From positions 52,397-116,396 of the forward strand of contig JBHPFX010000001.1 of NCBI GenBank assembly GCA_042570925.1: a stretch of 64,000 nt of DNA, written 5' to 3'. The notes below the pieces were generated by a model, which ran no database searches, had not been told where the DNA came from, and saw nothing but the letters and a program-made list of their open reading frames with translations. Below, one piece after another: positions 32,077 through 41,412 of the stretch (position 1 is its first letter; every line of letters begins with the position of its first letter). The translations under genes and the position numbers were made by a program. The stretch comes from Patescibacteria group bacterium. Lineage in GTDB: Bacteria > Patescibacteriota > Patescibacteriia > UBA10025.

Positions 32077-32131
32077 CACAGAAGCCCAGATGCTTAGATG
32101 TACATACCATTTTTTCTAAAGAACCGAAGGG

Positions 32132-32159
32132 TTGACATAATTTTATTACTTTGTATACT
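32132..32159 (+). promoter_or_regulatory. Sigma70 promoter of the second dsbA gene
   Basis: TTGACA-16-TATACT; the -35 sits in a remnant of repeat family R2 (GAACCGAAGGGTTGACA). Confidence 0.6.
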
Positions 32160-32199
32160 GAGGAAACAATCTAAATAATTGATCCATATTCATATCACT

Positions 32200-32976
32200 A
32201 TGAAAGAACAGATACCTCAAAAACAGTCTAATAGCAGCATATTTAACGCTTCCCCAAAGGCAACCTTTTTTATGGGGCTGATGACGGGGCTTGCAATCGT
32301 CAGTATTGTGGGGTTTTCGATTACGTTTTCGATGCTTAAAGAAGGGAAAACTCTTGCTGATAATTCAGGAAATACTAACTCAGGAACGGTAGCTGGCGTA
32401 CAAGCAGACCCCACTCCTGCTCCGACGCCTACACCTGCTCCGACGCCTACATTTGCTGATGTAGAGGTTACAGCAACTGATCACGTAAAAGGGGGAGATA
32501 ACGCCAAGGTGACGCTGGTTGAGTATTCTGATTTTGAATGTCCATTCTGTGTGAGGGTGCAACCAACACTTCAGCAGATTGAAGAGACATATGGCGATGA
32601 TGTACGATTTGTTTTCCGCCACTACCCACTTTCATTTCACACTCAAGCTCAAAAAGCCTCAGAAGCATCAGAATGCGCTGCTGAACAGGGTAAATTCTGG
32701 GAAATGCATGACAAACTCTTTGAGTTAAATGAAGCAGGGACACTCAGTCTGGCAGATTATAAGACTGCAGCCGGTGAACTTGGTTTGAAGCAGGGACAAT
32801 TCGATGACTGTCTCGATTCAGGGAAATACGCCCAGAGGGTTACAGATGATTTAACGGGTGGTACGTCACTCGGAGTTCAGGGAACACCTGCGACGTTTGT
32901 AAACGGACAACTTGTTTCAGGCGCTGTACCATATGAGCAATTCGTATCGATAATTGACGCAGAGCTCGCAAAATAA
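32200..32976 (+). CDS. DsbA family oxidoreductase with Pro/Thr linker
   Basis: YSDFECPFC, GTPATFVNG; 18-bp tandem repeat at 32416-32451 encodes the PAPTPT linker. Confidence 0.92.
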   Translation: MKEQIPQKQSNSSIFNASPKATFFMGLMTGLAIVSIVGFSITFSMLKEGKTLADNSGNTNSGTVAGVQADPTPAPTPTPAPTPTFADVEVTATDHVKGGDNAKVTLVEYSDFECPFCVRVQPTLQQIEETYGDDVRFVFRHYPLSFHTQAQKASEASECAAEQGKFWEMHDKLFELNEAGTLSLADYKTAAGELGLKQGQFDDCLDSGKYAQRVTDDLTGGTSLGVQGTPATFVNGQLVSGAVPYEQFVSIIDAELAK

Positions 32977-32987
32977 GATTTCTCACA

Positions 32988-33779
32988 ATGTTTTTCGGAG
33001 GCGCCTACCCAGATCCCATTGCGTTCCAGGTAGGCGCTTTTGGTATACACTGGTATGCAATCATCATCATTTTGGGAATTTTTACGGGATTCTGGATTGT
33101 AAAGTCATTAGCGAACAAAGCTGATATTTCTGAAGATCTGATATGGAATTTTATATTGTATACAATTCCAGCAGCACTCATTGGAGGACGATTAGTGTTT
33201 GTATTGAGTCACTCCAGTCAGTTTACTAGTGTTGTAGATACGCTAAAAGTGTGGGAGGGGGGGATTTCAAGCCATGGAGTAATTGGTGCGGGAATTATTG
33301 TTGCTTATGTAATTGTAAGATCCCATAAAGTATCTTTTTTTAAGTTCACTGACGTATTAGTCCCAGGTATTGCGATCGCACAAGCAATCGGTCGGTGGGG
33401 GAATTATATAAATCAGGAGGCATTTGGCCCTCCTACTGAAGTTTGGTGGGCAGTTCCAATCAACATGGTATATCGACCCGTTGAATATATTGCCTCAACA
33501 CATTTTCATCCCACTTGGCTATATGAGTCACTATGGAATATCGTAATTTTTGTTACCCTGTACTTTCTTTTTAAAAAATTATTCAATCGACCTGGATTGC
33601 TAACTACGTTATTTTTTATTTTATATTATGTGGGACGATTCGCATTGGATTTTATCAGAACTGATTCTGTCCAAGCAGGATTGCTTACTGCGACTCAGTG
33701 GGTGAGTGTAGTAGTGGTTATTGCGGCGTTATTTTTTATTCTACGAAAAAAGAAACTGTCGACAAACCAGCCGTCTTGA
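32988..33779 (+). CDS. lgt: Prolipoprotein diacylglyceryl transferase
   Basis: IHWYA, WEGGISSHG, GRWGNYINQE, HPTWLYE. Confidence 0.95.
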   Translation: MFFGGAYPDPIAFQVGAFGIHWYAIIIILGIFTGFWIVKSLANKADISEDLIWNFILYTIPAALIGGRLVFVLSHSSQFTSVVDTLKVWEGGISSHGVIGAGIIVAYVIVRSHKVSFFKFTDVLVPGIAIAQAIGRWGNYINQEAFGPPTEVWWAVPINMVYRPVEYIASTHFHPTWLYESLWNIVIFVTLYFLFKKLFNRPGLLTTLFFILYYVGRFALDFIRTDSVQAGLLTATQWVSVVVVIAALFFILRKKKLSTNQPS

Positions 33780-33852
33780 TTATTATCCTCATATCTGTAT
33801 ACTTCTAAGACCTCTTGCAATGGTAGTTGTTTTAACGTAAGGTATAAAACGA

Positions 33853-33927
33853 CGCGGGGTGGAGCAGTAGCAGCTCGCCGGGCTCATAATCCGGAGGTCG
33901 AGGGTGCAAATCCCTCCCCCGCAACCA
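33853..33927 (+). tRNA. tRNA-fMet (CAT), initiator
   Basis: CGCGGGG...CCCCGCAACCA with C1:A72 mismatch; CTCATAA loop. Confidence 0.93.
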
Positions 33928-33950
33928 AGCGTTTACAACTCACGTTTCAT

Positions 33951-34027
33951 GGCAGGGTAGCTCAGCTGGTTAGAGCGTGGGACTCATAAGCCCAAGGTCG
34001 TGGGTTCGAACCCCACCCCTGCTACCA
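33951..34027 (+). tRNA. tRNA-Met (CAT), probably elongator
   Basis: GGCAGGGTAGCTCAG...CTCATAA...GGTTCGAACC...CCCTGCTACCA. Confidence 0.88.
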
Positions 34028-34085
34028 AGCAAATAATCTTTTCAAACCTATAACCTAGTATTTAGTAAAAGGGCTTTTTTGTGTA

Positions 34086-34157
34086 GTGGGGGTCGAAGGG
34101 CGCGAGCGAGCGTGGCGCCCCGGTCCGCAGGGGAACCCCACCCCTGCTACCAAGCAA
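34086..34157 (+). pseudogene. Duplicated tRNA-Met 3' end with hairpin insertion
   Basis: 34133-34157 is an exact 25-bp copy of 34008-34032. Confidence 0.75.
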
Positions 34158-34210
34158 TACTAATAAGACCCGAAAGTAAAAACGGGTTTTGTTTTGGTTT
34201 GTTTAAATAT

Positions 34211-34277
34211 TGGTGCTGGGAGAGAGAATCCCCGCTTCATTTCGCTTCACTCAATTACGCGGGGCAGGCGAACTCTC
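34211..34277 (-). pseudogene. tRNA 3' fragment (T-arm + acceptor strand + CCA) with a 39-nt insertion in the T-loop
   Basis: Minus strand GAGAGTTC[insert]GATTCTCTCTCCCAGCACCA. Confidence 0.7.
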
Positions 34278-34289
34278 TTCTGGATAAAA

Positions 34290-34373
34290 TGCCGGAGGTG
34301 GGAGTTGAACCCACATGATCTTGCGATCACAGGATTTTGAGTCCTGCGTGTCTGCCAATTCCACCACTCCGGC
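34290..34373 (-). tRNA. tRNA-Leu (CAA), CCA not encoded
   Basis: GCCGGAGTGGTGGAATTGGCAGAC...CAGGA-CTCAAAA-TCCTG, long variable arm. Confidence 0.95.
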
Positions 34374-34389
34374 AAGATGATTATTAATG

Positions 34390-34548
34390 GTCTGCCAATT
34401 CCTCCGGGGTTTCGCGGTCTTTCGATTACTCAGGATATCGCTCAACCCGTCTTAGCTCCTCGCGAACTGAAGCGGTTCGACATTTCTCACCGTCCTGAAC
34501 GAAGTTGAAGGACAGTTCAGTTCGCTCGTGGCTTCGACCCACCCCGGC
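34390..34548 (-). pseudogene. tRNA-Leu 5' fragment interrupted by nested hairpin repeats
   Basis: Minus strand GCCGGGGTGG[~136 nt]GGAATTGGCAGAC. Confidence 0.6.
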
Positions 34549-34640
34549 TAAAAGATACAACGAATTGTAACATTTAATTATGGTTTGTCAAAGGCCTACG
34601 ATTTAGTTATACTACGATTACATTTTCTTTTGAAAACGTT

Positions 34641-35417
34641 ATGACTCGGATTATTTCAGTAGCGAACCAGAAAGGAGGAGTAGGGAAGACAACTACGTCA
34701 GTAAATCTTGCCGCTTACCTCGCCTCATTTGGCAACTCGGTCCTCTTGGTTGATATTGATCCCCAAGGAAACGCATCCTCTGGGATGGGTATTGATGTAA
34801 AGAAGATTGGCCGAGGAATCTATGAAGCAATAGCGGGCCAGGCTCAGGTAGAGGACATTCTTCATGCGGCGGAAGTTGATGGTCTTCATATTGCCCCTGC
34901 AACGATGAATCTCGCTGGAGCAAATGTTGAACTGGTTAATATTTCAGACCGGGAATTCCGTTTACACAATGCCCTGAAAAATGTTCACGACCGGTTTGAT
35001 TATATTATTATTGATTGTCCGCCATCACTTGGATTACTTACTATCAATGGCATTGTCGCTTCCACGGAAATCCTGATTCCAGTTCAGACGGAATATTACG
35101 CCCTAGAAGGGCTAAGTCAGCTGCTGAGTACTATCGAGTTAATTCGTGAAAACCTGAAGCAAGATATTGCCATTCTCGGCGTTGTCATGACCATGTATGA
35201 TGAGCGATATCGTCTTTCAAACGCAGTGTTTCACGAATTGCATAAATCTTTTCCAAATAAGGTATTTCGCATTGTGGTGCCGAGAAATGTCCGTCTTGCG
35301 GAAGCTCCCAGCCATGGTAAGAGCGTGATGCAATATGATGCAGGATCTCCTGGTGCTGCAGCATATCGCAGGCTTGCACAAGAAATACACATGACTAAAG
35401 CAAAACAATATGAGTAA
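34641..35417 (+). CDS. parA: Chromosome partitioning ATPase
   Basis: NQKGGVGKTT, DIDPQGNA, DCPPSLG, PRNVRLAEAPSHG. Confidence 0.96.
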   Translation: MTRIISVANQKGGVGKTTTSVNLAAYLASFGNSVLLVDIDPQGNASSGMGIDVKKIGRGIYEAIAGQAQVEDILHAAEVDGLHIAPATMNLAGANVELVNISDREFRLHNALKNVHDRFDYIIIDCPPSLGLLTINGIVASTEILIPVQTEYYALEGLSQLLSTIELIRENLKQDIAILGVVMTMYDERYRLSNAVFHELHKSFPNKVFRIVVPRNVRLAEAPSHGKSVMQYDAGSPGAAAYRRLAQEIHMTKAKQYE

Positions 35418-36285
35418 TACGTATGATGGTTTAGGACGGGGGCTCGATTCGCTTATTCCAAATAAGCGAAAATCAGCAACTCTAGGTGTTCGCGATCAAA
35501 TTGCCGGACCAGACGAACAGATTTCATATGTTGATCCATTGCACATTGTCGCAAATCCCCACCAGCCAAGAAAACAATTTGGGCACCAATCGATTGAAGA
35601 GTTAGTGAATTCAATTCGCGAACATGGCATTCTTCAGCCATTAATTGTAAGTAAAGCTGAAAAGGGCTACCAACTTATTTCAGGGGAACGAAGGCTGCGG
35701 GCTTCAGTAATCCTTGAAATGAAAAAAATCCCAGTGATTATCCGTAAAGCTTCCGAGCAAGAAAAGCTCGCTTTGGCATTAATTGAAAATGTGCAGCGGC
35801 AGGATCTTAATCCAATAGAAAAAGCGTGGGGATATGCCCGGCTTATTGAGGAATTCAGTTTGACACAAGAGGAAGCTGCAAAAAAAGTCGGACAACCGAG
35901 GGCGAGTTTGGCAAATACACTTCGATTGTTAAAGCTTCCAGAAAATATTCAAAAAGCCCTGACTGAGGAAAAAATCACCGAAGGGCATGCAAAGGTACTG
36001 CTAAGTATTGAAAATGAAAAAGATCAGGTTAAGTTGTTTCAAAAGATTTTACATGAGCAGTTGACCGTTCGCTCAGTTGAACAACACATTCGATCACGAC
36101 GTCCCGCCAGTTCATTATCCAAAAAGAAAGATCCTAACATTATTGATATTGAGGACCGCCTTAGGCAGGCGCTTGGCACAAAAGTAGAAGTAAAAAAGAC
36201 GGGTTCTCATGGTTCGATTAACATTCAATGGTACTCACTCGAAGAGCTTAAAAATCTAATAAATAAACTTACCCGACTGCAATGA
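35410..36285 (+). CDS. parB: Chromosome partitioning protein ParB
   Basis: GLGRGLDSL, NPHQPRK, GERRLRA, ENVQRQDLNPIE. Confidence 0.96.
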   Translation: MSNTYDGLGRGLDSLIPNKRKSATLGVRDQIAGPDEQISYVDPLHIVANPHQPRKQFGHQSIEELVNSIREHGILQPLIVSKAEKGYQLISGERRLRASVILEMKKIPVIIRKASEQEKLALALIENVQRQDLNPIEKAWGYARLIEEFSLTQEEAAKKVGQPRASLANTLRLLKLPENIQKALTEEKITEGHAKVLLSIENEKDQVKLFQKILHEQLTVRSVEQHIRSRRPASSLSKKKDPNIIDIEDRLRQALGTKVEVKKTGSHGSINIQWYSLEELKNLINKLTRLQ

Positions 36286-38570
36286 AGATATTCTCAAGGT
36301 TTTTTCACACTATATCATTGGAAGACCGGCTTATACGATATTTTCTCGGGGCGGCAGTCTTTCTGGTGCCGATACTTTTTTATCCGTCATCCAACGACCC
36401 GTACGAAACCACAAAGGTGTTTGTTTTCGGAATTCTCGTATGTACTGCTTTTGTTACCTGGTGGGTACAGAATATTCTTCGACGAGAAACCCGATTCATC
36501 TGGACTCGGCTTCACACCCTTGTAGCCATATTCACCGCAGTAGTGGTGTTTTCCGGATTTTTCTCGTCATCATTCACCAGAAGCTTTCTTGGTTCGAGCA
36601 GCTCTTTTGCAGGGACTGTTCCGGTAACTGTGTTTGTTGCAGTTTTTTTCTTCCTCATAGTCCAAGTTATACGGGAGACTAAGGATAGATTATGCATTCT
36701 ATATTCCTTTTTTGCGGGCGCGGGACTCTCACTTCTGATTATGCTGATGCAGTCATTTAGCCTATTTATATTTCCTTGGGAGGGTACCAAGAATGCAGCT
36801 TTTCAGACATTATCATCTTCAAGCATCACGCCGCCTGTGTTTTTAGGTGTAGTGGGTATTTTACTATTCAGTTTATTCTTTATCTATCGTTCGTTGGTTA
36901 TTCGATTGATACTTGGCGGCGGCATGGCGCTGGTTCTATTGGGGATGGCAGTCTATGATGCGGCATTCTCATTACTTGCATTTGCTATTGGCCTTTTTGT
37001 CGTTATTGTCTTTTTTACGATCAAATCCAAAGAAATCAAAACTTGGTGGATCTTTGTTCCGACTGGGCTGCTTGCCGTGGTAATCCTTTTAGTTTTTTTA
37101 CCGACATATTCATGGTTCGGTAATGTGATTCCACAAGAGGTTGTGCTTGATCAGGGTTCTGGGTGGAGCGTAACTGTTGACACAGCTAAATCACGTCCGT
37201 TTCTGGGATCCGGACCGCAAACGTTTGTCGATGCATTCCAGCAGTATCGGCCCCTTGAGTTCAATGACAGTTCTCTCTGGGGACTTCGTTTTGTTCGATC
37301 GAGCAATCAGTGGTTTGAGCAACTAACGACTACCGGCATTCTGGGTTTTGCCGCGTTTATCGGGATACTCGCATTGTTTGTTTCTCGATTTACTCGTTTT
37401 ATACTCCGCACGCAGCCAAAAACTCCTGATTGGTTTCTGACACTTTCCGCTGGCAGCGGGTTATTACTTATAACGTTTGTTGGTTTTCTCTACTCATGGA
37501 ATTTTATCTTATTATTTCTCTGGTGGACATTACTTGCCCTCACAAGTAGCGCATTTATTTCTGAAAAAAATCAAAAGACAATAGCTTTTAAAAGATCTCG
37601 GTCCCAAACCATGCTCACTGTGTTGATATTTTTAGTCGCACTTATCGGAAGCGTTCTCTTTGCAGTATTCGGTATCCGGGTGTGGAATGGTGAGCGTTTA
37701 CAGGCAAAAGCATTAGAACTTTCTTATGACAGTTCCACACTAGTTCAGGATTTGCGTGAGATGGCGGAACGCAGTGTCAGCTGGAATGCCTTTTCAGCCT
37801 CATCAGAGTTTTTACTGGCTGATGCATATGCTATTGAAGCACTCGGCTTTGCTCAAAATAGCGACGATGTCGAAAATATCTTGTCAATTCGTGATAAAAG
37901 TATTGAGCATATTAACGAGGGAATTGCCAAAGATCCAGATAATGCCATGACATATGAATCCGCGGCTGAAGTGTATAGGATTCTTCAACCCTTATATCCT
38001 GAAAGCGATCGTATGATTGCAGAGCTCTATGAACAGGCGGCAGAACATGATCCTTATAATCCAAACATACATTCCGAGTTAGGCCAGGCATATCTTGCGT
38101 ATGTGCAAAGAGTCGGAGTCGAAACTTCACCCAACGAACTAGAAAAAGCCGTAAGTGCATTCACTAAATCACTTGAGCTAAAATCAAATTTCATTGATCC
38201 GGCTTTATTCTTAAGTCTTGCAGATGAGACAGCCGGTCGGATAGAAGAAGCCATTGAGCGATTAGAAGCGACTCACGAGCAGTATCCGCTTGCTGTTGAG
38301 GTCACATTAACACTTGCAGGACTCTACCAAAGAGGTGAACAACATGACAAAGCCGTTGAACTTCTCCAGGAAGTATCAGCGCTTTCTGCGAGCAATTTTG
38401 AAGCACATGCTCAAATTGGCACTATTTATGAAAATCTGGGTCTCTTGTCTGAAGCTCTTCAAGAATATCTCACGGCACAGCAGATCAATCCCGCCAATGA
38501 GTTTGTGAATAACAAAGTTATAGAGTTGAGTCAGGATGGCAACTCTGGAGAAGAAGCTGTTACAGAATAA
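36282..38570 (+). CDS. O-antigen ligase-like (Wzy_C) membrane protein with C-terminal TPRs
   Basis: About 12 TM helices, RPFLGSGPQTF, TTTGILG, TPR-like helices. Confidence 0.8.
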   Translation: MKIFSRFFHTISLEDRLIRYFLGAAVFLVPILFYPSSNDPYETTKVFVFGILVCTAFVTWWVQNILRRETRFIWTRLHTLVAIFTAVVVFSGFFSSSFTRSFLGSSSSFAGTVPVTVFVAVFFFLIVQVIRETKDRLCILYSFFAGAGLSLLIMLMQSFSLFIFPWEGTKNAAFQTLSSSSITPPVFLGVVGILLFSLFFIYRSLVIRLILGGGMALVLLGMAVYDAAFSLLAFAIGLFVVIVFFTIKSKEIKTWWIFVPTGLLAVVILLVFLPTYSWFGNVIPQEVVLDQGSGWSVTVDTAKSRPFLGSGPQTFVDAFQQYRPLEFNDSSLWGLRFVRSSNQWFEQLTTTGILGFAAFIGILALFVSRFTRFILRTQPKTPDWFLTLSAGSGLLLITFVGFLYSWNFILLFLWWTLLALTSSAFISEKNQKTIAFKRSRSQTMLTVLIFLVALIGSVLFAVFGIRVWNGERLQAKALELSYDSSTLVQDLREMAERSVSWNAFSASSEFLLADAYAIEALGFAQNSDDVENILSIRDKSIEHINEGIAKDPDNAMTYESAAEVYRILQPLYPESDRMIAELYEQAAEHDPYNPNIHSELGQAYLAYVQRVGVETSPNELEKAVSAFTKSLELKSNFIDPALFLSLADETAGRIEEAIERLEATHEQYPLAVEVTLTLAGLYQRGEQHDKAVELLQEVSALSASNFEAHAQIGTIYENLGLLSEALQEYLTAQQINPANEFVNNKVIELSQDGNSGEEAVTE

Positions 38571-38573
38571 ATA

Positions 38574-40013
38574 CTATTTCTTATTCAGCTGTGCAATGAT
38601 TCCTGTACGCGCTCTGTGCGTTTGAATATGATTAAGCCAGTCACGCGACGGCTTTTTTCGGTTTTTAGATTTAATGATTTCGACCAAATCACCATTTTGC
38701 AGTGTTGAAGTGAGCTTACCTATTTTCTCATTAATTTTTGCTCCTGTTGTGTGATTTCCCAGATCGGTATGAATAGCATACGCAAAGTCGATGGGAGTTG
38801 AATTCTCCGGAAGGTCAATCACATCTCCTTTTGGTGTGAAAATAAAGATACGGTTTTTAAAGATATCGATTTTTAAACCCTCAATGTACTTGTCATTATC
38901 AGCAATGCTTTTCTGCCATTGCATGAGGTGATTAATCCATTCAAGGCGCTTCTTAACTGGCGTTCCTTTTTTTGGTTTGCCGGTTTCTACATAATTCCAG
39001 TGAGCGGCGATTCCAAATTCAGCCGCATGATGCATTTCCTGGTCACGAATCTGGATTTCCACAATCCTGTTATCAAGACAAAAAATGTCTGTATGGAGCG
39101 ATCGGTACCCATTAGGCTTTGGTTGAGCGATATAGTCTTTTATTCTGCCTTTGATGGGGGCGCACTCACTATGTATCGCTCCGAGAGCCGTGTAGCATGA
39201 TGATACGTCCGGAACAATGATTCGAACTGCAATAATGTCATGGATACGCGACAAATCATTATCATATTTTTTCAACTTCTTATATAGGCTATATAGTCGT
39301 TTTGCCCGCCCGTGGATGTCAATGACGTTAATGTTGACTTTTTTTAGGATTTTTTTTATCTGAGGAATAACTTTCTTATTTACCAGTTTTTCCTGACTCC
39401 CATACGTTTCCTTAACAAGTTCTTTGAGTTTTAGATAATCCCTTTTTTGTGCGATGGGAAATGCAAGATCTTCGAGCTGACCTTTGATTTCCCCCATACC
39501 GAGTCGATTAGCGATTGGTGCATAAATTTCCAGCGTCTCACGCGCGATTCGCAGTTGCTTGCTTGTTTCAAAAACGTGAAGCGTCTTGATATTATCAAGC
39601 CGATCTGCGATTTTGATCATAATCACCCTGATGTCGGACGACATTGCGATAAAAAGTTTCCGTAAAGATTCCGCATAACGCTCACGTCCCTGGTAGGATA
39701 ATCGCCCCAGTTTCGTAACACCTTCGACAAGAAACGCGATATTTTTCCCAAAAGATTTTTCAATTTCATCAACAGTCGTATTAGAATCCTCAAGCACGTC
39801 ATGGAGAATTCCGGCAACAATTGTATCGGGGTCCAGCTTCCATTCAGCCAGAATAAGTGTTGACCGCAGAGGATGTTCCACATAATCCTCTCCTGTCAGG
39901 CGCTTCTGTCCTTTGTGAATTTTTTCAGCAAATGCTACCGCTTTTTCAACGAGCGGCATATATTTGCTGGTGACAGCCTGTTCAATTTTTCTGAAAAAAT
40001 CAAGTCGATCCAT
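38574..40013 (-). CDS. relA: RelA/SpoT (p)ppGpp synthase/hydrolase (HD-SYN-TGS, no ACT domain)
   Basis: HKGQKRLTG, LHDVLED, KIADRLDN, KPNGYRSLHT, EIQIR, FTPKG. Confidence 0.93.
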   Translation of the reverse strand: MDRLDFFRKIEQAVTSKYMPLVEKAVAFAEKIHKGQKRLTGEDYVEHPLRSTLILAEWKLDPDTIVAGILHDVLEDSNTTVDEIEKSFGKNIAFLVEGVTKLGRLSYQGRERYAESLRKLFIAMSSDIRVIMIKIADRLDNIKTLHVFETSKQLRIARETLEIYAPIANRLGMGEIKGQLEDLAFPIAQKRDYLKLKELVKETYGSQEKLVNKKVIPQIKKILKKVNINVIDIHGRAKRLYSLYKKLKKYDNDLSRIHDIIAVRIIVPDVSSCYTALGAIHSECAPIKGRIKDYIAQPKPNGYRSLHTDIFCLDNRIVEIQIRDQEMHHAAEFGIAAHWNYVETGKPKKGTPVKKRLEWINHLMQWQKSIADNDKYIEGLKIDIFKNRIFIFTPKGDVIDLPENSTPIDFAYAIHTDLGNHTTGAKINEKIGKLTSTLQNGDLVEIIKSKNRKKPSRDWLNHIQTHRARTGIIAQLNKK

Positions 40014-40123
40014 AGTGTTTCATATTGTACCGCAACTTGCGTGTAACATCAATCATTGAAATTTTTTATCAGAAAAGGTATGATAGAAGCCAATAACTCT
40101 TAAGTAATATATTTTATAAAAGT

Positions 40124-41065
40124 ATGCCTGATAAAAAAGTATTTGATCTTGTCATTGTCGGCGGCGGTGCGGCCGGATTATCAGCAGGAATGTACGCAGG
40201 GAGATATATGATCAAGACAGCAATTATTAAAGGTCCTAAACCAGGAGGAGAAACTGCGACAGCTTCAACCATAGAAAACTGGCCGGGCACTCTTTCAATC
40301 GACGGGCTCGAGTTGGTACAAAATATGGAGAAGCATGCGAAAGCTTCAGGTGCTGAGCTTTTTGACGGTGAAGTCACAAAGATTGAAAAGAAGGGTGATT
40401 GTTTTTATTCAACCGTCGGAGATGATACATATATTTCAAAAACAATTATTCTTGGCACGGGATCTGAAAGAAGAAAGCTTGGACTTCCCAACGAAGATAA
40501 TCTTCGCGGCAAAGGAGTTTCATATTGTGCGACATGCGATGCGCCGCTCTATAAAGAAAAAACGATTGCAATTATCGGCGGCGGAGACTCTTCGGTGAAA
40601 GGTGCGAATCTGGCAGCAAGGTTTGCGAAAAAAACATATCTCATAACTCGTGGCAAAGAACTTGTCGGAGAGCCAATAAATCTCAAACAATTGAAAGAAA
40701 AAAAGAATGTAGAGGTTGTGTACGAAACCGAAGTAAAAGAAATTATTGGAGAAAAAATGATTAAGAAGATTGTGTTGAGCAAACCTCTCAATGGATCGAC
40801 GGAACTTGCCCTTCATGGTCTTTTTGTGGAAGTCGGTGCGATGCCACGGACAGATCTTTCTGAAATGCTTGGACTGGATTTGGAAAGAGGATATATTAAA
40901 GTTAATCGATTCATGCAGACGAATGTTGAGGGTGTATATGCTGCCGGGGACATTTCCAACGGAACAGGGGATTTTAAGCAGGACATTACCGCTGCGGCGC
41001 AAGGGGCAATGGCTGCTACTTCAGCATATAAATATATCGGAGCGCATAAGGATATTGTTTGTTGA
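40124..41065 (+). CDS. trxB: Thioredoxin reductase
   Basis: GGGAAG, GVSYCATCD, GGGDS, VYAAGD. Confidence 0.92.
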   Translation: MPDKKVFDLVIVGGGAAGLSAGMYAGRYMIKTAIIKGPKPGGETATASTIENWPGTLSIDGLELVQNMEKHAKASGAELFDGEVTKIEKKGDCFYSTVGDDTYISKTIILGTGSERRKLGLPNEDNLRGKGVSYCATCDAPLYKEKTIAIIGGGDSSVKGANLAARFAKKTYLITRGKELVGEPINLKQLKEKKNVEVVYETEVKEIIGEKMIKKIVLSKPLNGSTELALHGLFVEVGAMPRTDLSEMLGLDLERGYIKVNRFMQTNVEGVYAAGDISNGTGDFKQDITAAAQGAMAATSAYKYIGAHKDIVC

Positions 41066-41124
41066 GCATCCGAAGATAGGAACCACTTGATTGGTATTTA
41101 TTAGTTAGAATCCGCTTTTGGTTT

Positions 41125-41270
41125 CTTCTTTCTGTGACCAGAAAGAAGCAAAGAGTCCCGGGGTTTCCAATTCGCGGGTATTTATCATGCTTGATATATC
41201 TAGGAGTGGCTCAATGGAAACCCTCCTCGAGCCCGAGACTCGGAGCCGAGGGCCGGACCCCACCTCTAGG
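41125..41270 (+). repeat. Repeat family R1, copy 3, with an extra internal hairpin (~41222-41252)
   Basis: Identical 5' part to copy 2; insert CCCTC...GAGGG between TGGAAA and CCGGACCCC. Confidence 0.9.
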
Positions 41271-41383
41271 AGGATTTTATTGAGTGAACTTTTCACGCTG
41301 CTTCACTCAGGATTTAACAGAGCGCCGTGCAGAATATTTAATAAAACTTGACCATATTAGTTGTGGATAAGGGGTCTTTGTAA

Positions 41384-41412
41384 TTGACAAACATTCAAAT
41401 TAATGTCAGAAT
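41384..41412 (+). promoter_or_regulatory. Sigma70 promoter of orphan cassette A
   Basis: TTGACA-17-CAGAAT with TGn extension; DnaA box TGTGGATAA at 41362-41370. Confidence 0.65.

Noticed and set aside
34079-34445. ORFs across the tRNA cluster
   Set aside because: They overlap tRNA-Leu and tRNA fragments; not credible proteins
10901-41270. R1 copies or the 42-bp tandem repeat as a CRISPR array
   Set aside because: Copies are kilobases apart or in-frame coding; no spacers and no cas genes
41118-41351. 77-aa and 63-aa ORFs after trxB
   Set aside because: They are translations of repeat R1 copy 3
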